Assembly (NCBI RefSeq): GCF_030028105.1
Contig: NC_092389.1
Span: forward strand, 56,917,241 to 56,981,240
Reading direction: 5' to 3'
Origin: Mobula birostris
Lineage: Eukaryota
DNA: 64,000 bases
Shown here piece by piece: positions 49,601 through 61,349 of this stretch (its first letter is position 1; each line of letters opens with the position of its first letter). Below the pieces are notes generated by a model, which was not told the DNA's origin, searched no databases, and saw only the letters and a program-made list of their open reading frames with translations. A program made the position numbers and the translations under genes.

Positions 49601-50159
49601 TTACTATCCGTCCTGGTCCTCTTACACTTGTAGATTCTTAACTCAACCCGTAAGGATTCAACATCTTCTGCTCGCTTTCTAACGACTTGATGTCATTGTT
49701 TACTAGGAGAATCAATAAATGAAAACAACCTTGAGATCTGACACACCTCCAAATTGGCAGAAGCCCTCAAGTCCCTGTATACGTCGGTGTAAAAACCCAA
49801 ATTCGCGTACATACCACAAGCTCTGTGCACATCCCTCAGTCCGTGCACTCCCCAAAACCACTAACCCTCTCATGCACATCACATTATCCCAGACCAAGAA
49901 TTATTCCAAACAATTCACCAAGTAGCTGCCTCCACTTTAGAAAATTAGTAAGAATAAAGTTCCCTGAGAGTGCATGTATTATCAAAGTATCTATAAATGA
50001 AATAACTTTGAAATTTGACACTACTGCAAATCCACCGACACCCCCAAATATGTGTGCACCCAACGATACGCACCCCATATTCGACAACGCACTGCCACAT
50101 TCCGAAAGGCCTAGCGTACCTCCAAATCGCCGCGCAAAAACAGATGTGGACTAAACCAA

Positions 50160-51365
50160 GATCATTTCAAACTTGACAAAAGGGCTTCCGCCTTCTTAAG
50201 AAAATGCCGTATTGAAAGTAGAGCAGTAGATGTAGCCAATACGGATTTCAGCTGGGCATTTAACAAGGTACCTCATGCAGGGCTTATTGAGAAAATAAGG
50301 GGGTATGGGATCCAAGGGGACCTTCCCTTGTGAATCCAGAACTGCCTTGCCCACAGACGGCAAAGACTGCTTGTCGATGGATCAGATTCGCATGGAGGTC
50401 GGTCACCAGTGGGATGTCTCAGGGGTCTGTTCTGGGATCCCTGCTCTTCGTGATTTTTATAAATGACCTGGATGAAGAAATCGAGGAATGGGTTAGTAAA
50501 TTTACTAATGACACTAAGGTTGGGGGTGTTGTGGATTGTGTGGAGGGCTGTCAGAGTTTACAACGGGACATTGATAGGATGCAAAACTAGGCTGAGAGGT
50601 GGCAGATGGAGTTCAACACAAATAAGTGTGAGGTGGTTCATTTTGGAAGGTCACATATGATGGCAGAATATAGGATTAATGGTAAAACTCTTGGCAGTGT
50701 GGAGGATCAGAGAGATATTTCGGTCCGAGTCCATAGGACACTCAAAGCTGCTGCGCAGGTTGTCTCTGTGGTTCAGAAAGCACACACTGTATTGGCCTTG
50801 ATCAATCCTGGCATTGGTTTGAGGAGCCATGAGGTACTTTTGTAACTATATCGGACCCTGGTCAGACCCCACTTGGAGTTCTGCGTTCAGTTCTGGTCAC
50901 CTCACTATTGGGGAGCATGCCTTATGAGAATAGATTGACTGAACTTGGCCTTTTCATAGTCATAGCCTTGGAGCGAAGAGGATGAGAGGTGACCTGATAG
51001 ATGTGTTTAAGATGATGAGAGGCATTGAGCGTGTGCATAGACAGAGGCTTTTTTTTTTCCCAAGGGCTGAAATGGCTAGCACAACAGGGCATAGTTTTAG
51101 GTGCTTAGAAATAGGTACAGAGGAGATGTCAGGAGAATTTTCTTTTTACGCAGAGAGTGGTTAGTGCGTGAAATGGGCTGCGGGGACAGTGATGGAGGCT
51201 GATACGATTGGGCCTTTTAAGAAAATCCTGGACAGGTACACGGAGCTGAGAAAAATGAAGGGCTATGGGTAACCCTAGGTAATTTCTAATGTAAGGACAT
51301 GTTCGGCACAACTTTGTGGGCCGAAGGGCCTGTATGTGCTGTAGGTTTTCTGTGTTTCTATGTTT
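50160..51365 (+). mobile_element. CR1 LINE RT to 3' end
   Basis: VTSGMSQGSVLGSLLFVIFINDLD..SKFTNDTK and MRGDLIDVFKMM; (ctatgttt) tail. Confidence 0.9.
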
Positions 51366-51489
51366 CGAGTGCCGATTAGATATATTTTTCGAGCAGCTCG
51401 TGGTTAAGCTCACTGGGCGATCTGATATTCTGGATTGAGTTTATTGCAGTGAACCCGATTTGATTAGCGAGGTTAAGGGAAAGGAACTC

Positions 51490-53180
51490 TAAGTTAAAGG
51501 GTCGTGGCTCAGGAATCCCTCGGATTCAGTCCATTTGAGCTCGTGTTTGGTCACGCTGTGAGAGGGTCTTTGAAACGAATGGGGGAGAAATATCTGGGTG
51601 ACGAACCTTCTCCTGCTAACCTTTTAGATTATCTGTCCAAGTGTCGCTTTAAGTATAGTGGGGCATATAAGATGGCAAGGGAAAGTTTGAAGGCAGCTCA
51701 GGTAAAGATAATATACTAGGTGTGATCGGAATGCTAACCACAGAGTGTTTTCTCCAGGAGGCCAAATGCTTGTCCTGCCTCCATTATTGGTTCCGTGTGG
51801 TGCAGTAATGCAACTTAGTAAAGACTCCAAATCTTAACTGTAAGACCCGTCATTGTCATATTAACCTTTTGATACTTTAAAATTGGTTATAAACGCTCTG
51901 TGCCGCACGGTGGAGCTCCATCTGCCGCCTCTCAGCCCAGTGTTGAGGTCTCCATCTGCTGGTGATGAGAGAAATGTTGCTTCCATTTCTGAACTGATTA
52001 TTTGTGGTATATTACGAAATTCCAAAATACCGGCTGATTTGGTCACTCAGCTCTCTTAACTGAACCCTCAAAAGCGCTCTGGCGTCTTAAAGGGAATCAT
52101 CAGAATTCGGCCCTCTTCCCTGATATTCCATCCTGTACGAATGTGCTTCAGCATAATATTGCTGTGGGTAACATCTGCACAGGGTAAACCACATTAAGCG
52201 CCACTGGGTGAACCCTATTAAGCGCCATCTCCCATGAAAGGAAGTAAGGTAAATGCAAAAACTAAGCTTGACTCCTGTCATAGTCCTCGTCTAGACGATT
52301 GTATTGACTAGGCAACCCAAGTGCCATTAACACAGCGGCCATGAGATTTCTGCTTTTCCGAATCCTGGTGATTTTTGCCAGAACAAAGTCATGGCTTTTG
52401 GAATGAATCCCAGCTGGAAGAGGTGTTCAGTTGGTGAACGGTGCGGAATTAATACTGATGCTCTCCAAGTGTGAATTTGAGCAGACTACAGTTACCTACC
52501 TGGGTAAAGTTGCACATCATGTCAAGTTTGCTTTATCGGGGCTGAGGTGGAAGTCGTTGCCAGCATCATAGAGAAGGCATTGTTGAGTTTTGCTCCCTCT
52601 GTAGCAACTCCTGATTTCAGCCGGTCCTTTGTTGCTTATGCTAGGGATGTCTGTGCTCCTCTCAGTTGATTTAATAGGGGTGGAGCATCCTGTGTACCAT
52701 TTCTATAAGAAACTCGAGGTCTGTATGAAACACTACTACGCAAAAAAGAGGGAGGCGTTAGCCCTTATTCTTGCCCTGAATCATTTGATGTCTATATTTC
52801 TTCCAATTCTCCACTCATTGAGTATGCACTCATTAACCTCTGGTCTCTGTCTGCAGAAACAGGAATACGAATCAGCGGTTAATGCGGTGGAGTTTATTCC
52901 TGCAGGGTTATGACCCACCTTTTTGCTACATTTGTGGAAGGAACAATGTGCTTGCAGAAGCTCTTCCGAGGACGAAGGTGTACCTGGCGTTCTATGTTTT
53001 TTTATGCAACATATTGCATGCATTATTGGGGTAGCTTTAGGTTGCCGCAGAACAAACTTTCTGATGGGGGGTGTTATGACCTGCAAAATTCCTGGCATGT
53101 GTGTTATCTTTAACCCGTCTGGCAGTTCCCTGGGACACCTGCAATTCCCGTTCCATTGTTGGAACATGCCGGAAACTGCT
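51490..53180 (+). mobile_element. Heavily decayed Gmr1-type Gypsy fragment (IN C-terminus, RT, RH, PPT, LTR start at ~53071)
   Basis: QESLGFSPFELVFGH.VRG at 51504, later KREALALILAL (RH), then 'gatggggggTGTTATG'. Confidence 0.7.
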
Positions 53181-53497
53181 TAAAAACAAAGCCATACCCA
53201 TCATATTCCCCCTCCCCCCGCCAAATATCACCTATTCTTCAGCCAGCACTACCACACTAAACACCACAATTTTTCCCATTACCCTTATCTTAGTAAGTAC
53301 CATTTGTTTGTAATTCCTGTTGTGGTACTTCCCGAGAGCGGAGATTTTAACAACGATTTCGGCCATAAATAGAAGGATCAGGTGTTAGAGTAAGAACTAC
53401 TCCTGTCATTGTCCATAAGGAAATAAGAATGACCTAAACTCTAAATATGATTCAAAATGTTAATATTTTACAAGGAGTGTTGTCAAATGTGTAATCC

Positions 53498-53731
53498 NNN
53501 NNNNNNNNNNNNNNNNNNNNNNNNNNNNNNNNNNNNNNNNNNNNNNNNNNNNNNNNNNNNNNNNNNNNNNNNNNNNNNNNNNNNNNNNNNNNNNNNNNNN
53601 NNNNNNNNNNNNNNNNNNNNNNNNNNNNNNNNNNNNNNNNNNNNNNNNNNNNNNNNNNNNNNNNNNNNNNNNNNNNNNNNNNNNNNNNNNNNNNNNNNNN
53701 NNNNNNNNNNNNNNNNNNNNNNNNNNNNNNN
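53498..53731. other. Assembly gap (N run) adjoining a (CA)n microsatellite
   Basis: 234 Ns followed by (ac)n. Confidence 0.99.
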
Positions 53732-53919
53732 ACACAGACGTACACACACACACACACACACACACAGGCACATATAGATAGAGACAAACATGCACACGCA
53801 CATGACCACACTTCAGTATCCGCCTTCCCAGCTCTATCAGCATCCAGCGTGCTACGATTAAAACACACTTACACACTTCGACTGCTGAGGTTGAATTCAC
53901 CGTCCCACATGAGTCTGCA

Positions 53920-55005
53920 AATGTTGTGAATATGACTAAGTCATCGAAGACATTGGAGGGGCTGGTAGAGATGAAGGTTAAAAGGGCAATTTTGCCTGGC
54001 AAATCTGTGGGAATTGTTTGAAGAAATAGCAAGCAGGGTAGACAATGGAGAAGCAGTTGTGCACTTAGATTTACAGCATGCCTTTATCAAGCTGCCACGC
54101 ATAAAGCCAGGAACTCGTGGTATGACAGGAAATATCCTTGCATGGACAAAGCAGTGACTGATTTGTAGGAGGTAAAGAGTGGGAATAAGGGGAGCCTTTT
54201 CTGGTTGACTTCCGGTGAGTAGTGGAGTTCCACAAGGGTCTGTGTTGCGACTGATCATTTTTATTTTATTTGTCCATAACTTGAATGATGGAATTCATGG
54301 TTTTGTTGCAATGCTTGCCGACGATATGAAGATAAGTGGAGGGGCAGGTAGTTTTGCGGAAATGTAGAGGCTACCCAAGGACACAGATTCATTGAATTGG
54401 CAAATAAATGGCAGATGGACCTCTGTGCCGGAATGTGAACGGTCTTGCACTTCGGTGAGGACATTAAAGTGTTGTCTATTTTATGAATGGAGAGAAGACA
54501 AACAAAAAACAAAAAAACGAGGAACAAGGGGACTTGAGAGTCCTTGTGCAGGATTGCATAATAACTCATTTAAATGTTGAGTCTGTGGTGAGAAGGCAAA
54601 TGCAATATTGGCATTCATTTCAGGAGGACTAGAGTATAAAACGAAAGGGTGAAATACTGAAAATGTATAAAGCACATGTGCGGCCTCACTTGGAGTATTG
54701 TGAGCAGTGTTGGCCCTTTATCTTTGGGAGGAGATAGTGAAACTGGAGAGGATTGAAAGTGGGTTCAGGAAGATGATACAAGGATTGAATGGCTGGTCAC
54801 ATCAGAAACATAAATTATAAAGTATAAACATATGTTGGCTCTGGGCCTGTATTCACTGGAATTCAGAGGAATGAGGCGTACCTCATTGAAATTTATCGAA
54901 TAGTAAATGGCTTCGATAGAGTGAATGTGGAGAGGATATTTCATATGCCTAAGCGTCCCAATGTTGCTGCTTTATGGGATGGTCTTCTGAGCTTATGGTC
55001 TTATT
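53920..55005 (+). mobile_element. Degenerate CR1 RT to 3' end
   Basis: 'agtggagttccacaagggtctgtgttg' (SGVPQGSVL) and 'cggcctcacttggagtattgtgagcag' (RPHLEYCEQ). Confidence 0.85.
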
Positions 55006-55799
55006 TACAACCACAAACAAGCATTTTGTTGAAGACCCTCTCAGTATGGCCCCCTAAACTACAACGACATATTTTACTTCAATCGGTTGTGCCCGACTAC
55101 TGGTTTATTTGAAGTGCATATTTGCATTGGACGCACATATAATTTGTGACACTTCTGAAGGTACAGAGAGCTTTGTAGGACAAGTTAACTATCACAAATG
55201 GTCTAAGATCTTCTGAAATCTGAGAACTCTAATTACCGTTGTGAGGGTTGACACATGGACTGCAAGGAGTGCAGGACGACGCATCTTGTATCGGTTCCAT
55301 TGAATGTGGTGTCATGGTTGGCTCGGACGCTGTGGGCTGGAGGGTCTGTTCCTGCGCTTTACCTTTCCCCGTTCTATGTGGCTGACAGACAAGCAGAGGG
55401 CAGCGAATTTTATTTTCTGAGACCATATGTGTATCTCAATGGACATTGACATATTTTTGACCCAGTGACAAGTTTGGTACGTCTTACACGAACAAGCTGA
55501 TGATAGTTGCTGGTAATCAGACGTGAGAGATAAGGTTGTAGTGAGATGAGCTGCGATCACAATTGGTGCAGCATAAGATTGGAGCACCGTTTAACACTCA
55601 GATGATCGCATAAACCGATGGATGAAAGCTGTACCGACAGAAGATGAAGTGGAGAGCTGGGTCAAATGGCGATTGAAGCAATGTCCTCTATGCTGGATGA
55701 ATGCTACTCATAATTTACAGCCATCAGTCACATCACAATGTTCATTGTCCGTAGTTTCACAAATAATTCGCTAAATTAGTCATAAGCTGTCACACTGGG

Positions 55800-55977
55800 A
55801 CCTGTTTGACATACTGTAATCGGTTTGTAAATAATTTAAAAATCTTTATTCTTAACTGTGTTGAAATCAGTCCCTGTGGAGTCGTTAAATGGTATTAAAA
55901 ACCCCAGACATGTGCTGCCTCAACATTTTATTCCGAGATCGCCTATAGTACAGGGGACAAATAACTAGACAGAGAAA
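55800..55977 (+). promoter_or_regulatory. Conserved upstream block of GPCR B
   Basis: Homologous to the A and relic upstream blocks. TAATTT at 55832, O/E-like TCCCTGTGGAG at 55871-55881, TATA-like 'tattaaaa' at ~55894. Confidence 0.65.
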
Positions 55978-56053
55978 ATGTCTCCAATGTTGGATAGGTA
56001 CCTGAGTGTGCAACGATCATTGTACGTGTTCATTGCCGTCGTTGGAGTTCTCG
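55978..56053 (+). CDS. GPR139-like paralogue B, exon 1 (76 bp)
   Basis: MSPMLDRYLSVQRSLYVFIAVVGVL-G|gtgagt; phase 1. Confidence 0.88.
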
Positions 56054-57338
56054 GTGAGTGACCAGAGAATTTATGTTTTGTATTCTGTGTGTTAACTTGG
56101 GTGAACATGTGTGAGATTATTTTACCAGCTTCCAACTTGATGCTCATTGGACCAATATACTTCAGTGATAACGATCCCGTCAATTGAACATCTTTATTTT
56201 TCACATTAATGTTAAATGAAGCTATATTTATACCTCAGCTCTAACACCATAAGACCGTAACTCAAGGGATCGACTCCGACGTTGCTCTTGCCTGAAACGA
56301 CGCGTTGCATAGAGTGGTACCAGTGCTGCGGCGTGCAACCCTCCGGCAATGTGTGACTGGGAGAGTTTTACATCGTGTGTTTGACTGTTTCTGAGTTATT
56401 GATCAGAGTGAACACGTGACCTTTAATCTGACCTTTTCCAGAGTTTACCTGTACCGGGAACGGGTAGCTCTTTGGGACGGTGTGCCTGGGGTGGGGGGTG
56501 GGGGGTGGAATTCAGTGGGACTTTGCCCAGAGTTGTATCAGTGTTTGGGACAGGTGGTGCTCTGGGAAGGCCTGATGGGGAGGATTTTAATAGCATCTTG
56601 TCCAAATTTGTACCAGTGCTAGGGATAGGTAGCTCTACGGGAGCGTGTTACTGGGAGAGTTTCACCTTGTGTCACTAGTTCTGAGTTGTTGATCGGTGTG
56701 AACCTGCTCCTGCTTCTGTACTAACGTCTCCCTGTAGGGTCTCAGAGTCAATAATTGTGTCCGATCAACTGAAATAGGGTCAATGGATTGAACTGTGTCA
56801 TCGAATTGCACTGAGCTGTAGAGTTAATCCATTAAATATACCTTTTGTTACTAAGATGTCTCAACATTCACTATGAGACTCGTCGTAAACAGAGTCACCA
56901 CTTCACCCTGAAGAAGGGTTTCGGCTCGAAAAGCTGAGTGTGTTAAAGTTCATGAACGCTGCCTGACCCGCTGAGGTCCGACAGCATTTTGTGAGCTTTG
57001 CTCCCCTCTGTATCCCTTCTCGGCCAACTCAGATGCTGACTTTCCAGAGGCCTGGCCAGTCACTGTTAAATCAATGAAACCGGCCCCATCAGCGACTGGA
57101 ATTGGGTTAGAAACAATTGTTGGTGCTCATGTAGCTCGGTTTTAATCTCCGATGATTCGGCACAATTCGTCTATTCCTAACACTGAAGAAGACTGGTCAG
57201 AGACAGCGTGACCAGTGATTTTAGAGCGGAAGCCGTTCAGCGACTCTAGCACTACCGACATTTATCTGAAACCCGAACCTGTGTTAATGCCCGGAGAACG
57301 TGTTCAGTAATGCCGCATGTCTTTTTTTTTCTCTCCAG

Positions 57339-58246
57339 TGAATTCAGCGGCGTTTGTGATCCTGTCCCGGGGAAAGTGCGGCCTCTCGACCTGCACCACT
57401 CGCTACTTGGTGGCGATGGCAGCGGCCGATCTACTCACCATTGTCACCGAGGTCATTTTTATTCAAATCAGACTGTATTACTTAATGTGGAGTTTTCTGA
57501 ATATTACCCCTGTCTGCACGGTTATCGAAGTCCTGAGGTTCACAGCCGCAGACTGTTCTGTCTGGTTCACCGTCACTTTCACCTTTGATCGGTTTGTCGC
57601 CATTTGCTGCCAGAAGCTGAAAACAAAATATTGCACCGGGAAAACTGCGGCTGTGGTTCTGACAACAACCGGCGTAGTGTTCTGTCTGAAAAACGTGCCA
57701 CGGTACTTCACGTTAGAATCCACAGAGATCATCGACAATGTACCGTGGTTCTGTGCATACAGGGACCGTGTCTTCACTGACCCAGGGTGGGTGGGATACG
57801 ATCGGCTAGATACGGTTTTAACTCCATTCCTCCCTTTCGGCATAATTCTGCTGTTGAACGCTCTGACAGTCAGGCACATTTTAGTGGCCAGTCGGGTCCG
57901 TAAGGGGCTGAAGGGTCAGAGCAACGGGGAGAACCGCAGTGACCCGGAGATGGAGAGCAGGAGGAGGTCTGTGGTTTTACTCTTCACCCTCTCCGGCAAC
58001 TTCATCCTCCTGTGGGTGACGTACGTTGTAAATGTCATATATTATCAGCTCTCAGGAAGAGGATTCGATTTTACTGATTCTGAATGGATCTTTCACCTCG
58101 TCGGGTATTTGCTGAGGAATTTCAGCTGCTGCACAAACACGTTTATTTACACGGTGACGCAGTCGAAATTCAGGGAGCAGGTGATCAGCGCAGTAAAATA
58201 TCCGGTCACTTATGTGCTTTATTTAATTAATAAAGTCCCGTCCTGA
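57339..58246 (+). CDS. GPR139/GPR142-like class A GPCR, paralogue B, exon 2
   Basis: ctccag|TG-N-S-A..; YLVAMAAADLL, FTFDRFVAICC, CCTNTFIY..QSKFREQ. Open to TGA; 327 aa in total. Confidence 0.92.
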
Positions 58247-59065
58247 GCACAAGCCATTCCTGCCTCCAGCTACTCTCAGTCACCGCAGAATCTCCCAGGT
58301 GCTTTTCCCGCGCGTTTTGTTCCAGCGGCTGGCAGCTCTGTGACATTAGGAGCAGCCAAGATATGGACAAGCTGGGAGTTTGTGCTGTATGTGTGTGTGC
58401 GTGGCGGGGGGGGGGCGCGGAAGTGTGCGTGTGTGTATTTGTATGTCTGTGTTTGTGGTTGTTTGTGTGAAGGAGAGAGACACGTGTTTAAACTGGAAAG
58501 AGTTTTGACAGGATGTTGCCAAGACAAGTGGCCTGGGTTACGCAAAAAGTCTGGCCTGGCAGGGACTTTACTGCTTGCAACTTTTGTAGAATGAGAGGCA
58601 CCCAAATCGAAACGATTAAGATTCGGAGAAGTTGCGATAAACTGGACGGTAACATTTCGTTCACGGGGACAACTGGAGTATTTCATATAGTTCCATGGAG
58701 CGATTCACCGCATGGTCTCCCAGTAGTCATTCCCGCTGACTATTGGAGCATATAGTAGAGTACCTTTGAGTGCCCTGCTTCTACGTTCTGCCCATATGGC
58801 CTCACAGGACGTTATCGCCAAAATGTCATTTCTAAATGCTGATATTACACCTCTCTCGCTCGGCTGAACCTCTATCCCAGTGACACAACTGTAGTACCTA
58901 TATCGCTGAATAGTCATCTCTCGGTCCTGCCCTTCGCTCAGTCGTGTTTCTGTCACGGCGGTAACATCCCAGTCCTCACAGCTATTCCAGGTCGGTTCAT
59001 CCGCCTGATCTGTTCAACACCGACCATGAAATGTGCTTTGTAAATGAGTATACCCGATACGATTT

Positions 59066-59750
59066 TTTTTTTTAGATTATGAGAACATTCAGTCCTCTTT
59101 TATTGTCATTTAGAAATGCATACATGCATTAAGAAATGATACAATGTTTCTCTGGAGTGATCTCACAGAAAACAGGACAGACCAAGACTAACACTGACAG
59201 AACCACATAATTATAACATATAGTTACAGCAGTGCAAAGCAATACCATAATTTGATGAAAAAAGTCCACGGGCACAGTAAAAAAAAAGTCTCAAAGTCCC
59301 GAGTCGATCGACTCCCTAGTCCCCGATAACAGGAGGCAAAAGGGAGAAACTCCCTGCCATAAACCTCCAGGCACCGTCAACTTGCCGATACTTTGGAAGC
59401 AGCCGACCACAGCCGACACTGAGTCCATCCGTCCGAAAACTCCGAGCTTCCGACCAGACTCTCCGATACAGCCTCCCGAGCGCCATCCTCTGCCGACGCC
59501 TTCAACCTCACCCCGGCTGCTGAAACACACAAAGCCGAGGATTTCGGGGCCTTCAGCTCCGGAGATTCCGGTTACCACACATTAGCAGCGGCAGCGAAGC
59601 GGGCATTTCAGAAGTTTTCCAGATGTTCCTCCGTACGCTTACGTCTGTCTCCATCAAATCAGGATTGTGCACGGTCCCCTACTTGACAGATAACAGGCAT
59701 CATCACCGAAGTGGCCGCGCGTGCTGCTGTGGCGCTGCCATCCTCTCCCC
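59066..59750 (-). mobile_element. Second, more complete copy of the non-coding SINE-like element seen at 284-920
   Basis: Poly(T)-'agattatgagaacattcagtcctcttttattgtc' 3' end; GC-rich 5' end 'ggatggcagcgccacagcagc' on the minus strand; colinear with 284-920. Confidence 0.8.
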
Positions 59751-59959
59751 CTTTCCGGGAGGATTTATATTAAGCTTTTCGGTACAACAGAGACAAAACA
59801 CCTCAGAAGGATATTGATACTCTGCAACGGCAATATTGGAAATAACTCTCAGATTATAACATAGTCCTCGCCTTTATATTTCGCAAGTATGTGGATAACC
59901 CCACGTTCTATTTTATCAACCCTGTACCATAGCCAGAACAACCAGATCCACAAATCCCT

Positions 59960-61260
59960 CTCATCGTCTCCATTACTAATCCACTCAGTTCGCCTCTGCA
60001 ACCTCTCCAATGCAATCTCATCCTCAAACCTCCCTGCACTATCTCCAGTACAATCATATCCCACATCCGCTCTGCACTATCTCAAATACAATCACATCCA
60101 ATCCCCTCTGAACTCTCTGAAATACAATCACAGACAATCCCCTCTGCACTATCTCAAATACAATCACAGACAATCCCCTCTGCACTCTCTCAAATACAAT
60201 CATAGACAATCACCTTTGCATTCTTTGAAATACAGACACACCTCAATACCTTCGGCACCCTCCAATATAATCACATCCAAAATCCCCTCAACAACCTCTC
60301 TACAATACTGACACTCCCGATACGATACCCTCTGCACTTTGTCCTAGACAATCACATTCCAATTCTTTCTCCAACTTCTCCAGTACAATCACATCCCCAT
60401 CCATTCTACCCTCTCCCATAGAACCACTTCATTAATGCCCTCGTTATCGTCTGCAGTGCAATCACACCCACAATCCCCTCGGCGTCCTCTCCAACGTAAT
60501 CTCACGCTCAATCCCCTTTTGCGCTTTGTGCAATACAATCACATCCCAAACACCTCTGCATCCACTCCATTACAACAACACCCTATCTCTTCCATATCCT
60601 CTCCAATATTATCACATCCCAATAACCTGAGCATGCTCTTCAATTAAATTACTCTCCTAATCACCTCTGCCCTCTCTCCAATGTAGTCACACCCGCAATC
60701 CTCTCTGCATTCTCTCCAAAACAAGGGGTGATTGATAAGATGGTGGCCTATGGTAGAAGAAGACGTTATTAACTTCCTTTCTGCATTTTTACTCATAGAG
60801 TGGAACTACAGGTGCATGTAAGGAGAGCTGCACCTTAGGCCACGAACCTGTCCATCAGCCCTGCTGCGGACCACTCGTGCAAAGAAGAGACCCGTGTGCT
60901 GCACGACAGCAGGACTATGTGAGTACATGTAGGAGGGGACTATGTTAAACACAAATGTGCTTGGTTTCCTAAAATTTACTCCTTCTACCTTAGACCACAG
61001 ACTTATCAATCACAACCCCAGTATCCTCTGGACCCTAACCCATACAACGACAACCAAATTCTCCTCGGCACCTTCTGCAACATAATCACGCACTCAATGC
61101 GCTCTACACTGTTTACCATGCAACAACACCCCAATCGCCTCTGTACTTTGTCCTATGCAATTACATTCCAATATCCCTATGTACTCTCTGCTGTACAATC
61201 ACAAACAATCCCTCATGCACCCTCGCCAGTACAATCACAAACCCCATCCCTTCTGGAACC
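59960..61260. repeat. Degenerate ~36-bp satellite, interrupted at ~60720-61005
   Basis: Unit ~'caatcccctctgcactctctccaatacaatcacacc'; best preserved at 60060-60240. Confidence 0.85.
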
Positions 61261-61349
61261 TAACTGATAAACCCACACTCCTAATACCCCCGTCTCTACT
61301 CTCTGCGAAGGCTGAGAAAAATCCATCTCTCTCTCCCCATCCTCGCCAC

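Noticed and set aside
35154-55978. Shared bidirectional promoter for the head-to-head GPCRs
   Set aside because: The starts are ~21 kb apart, each has its own upstream block, and an N gap (53498-53731) leaves relative orientation unverified.
57478-57879. Antisense ORFs over the GPCR exons (also 32784-33104) and over the SPRY exon (15772-16407)
   Set aside because: Shadow ORFs of GC-rich coding DNA or minisatellite, with no domain signature.
59889-60311. ORF with repeated HYLKYNHRQSPL resembling a zinc-finger or repeat protein
   Set aside because: Translation of a 36-bp satellite; no Cys pairs and no splice context.
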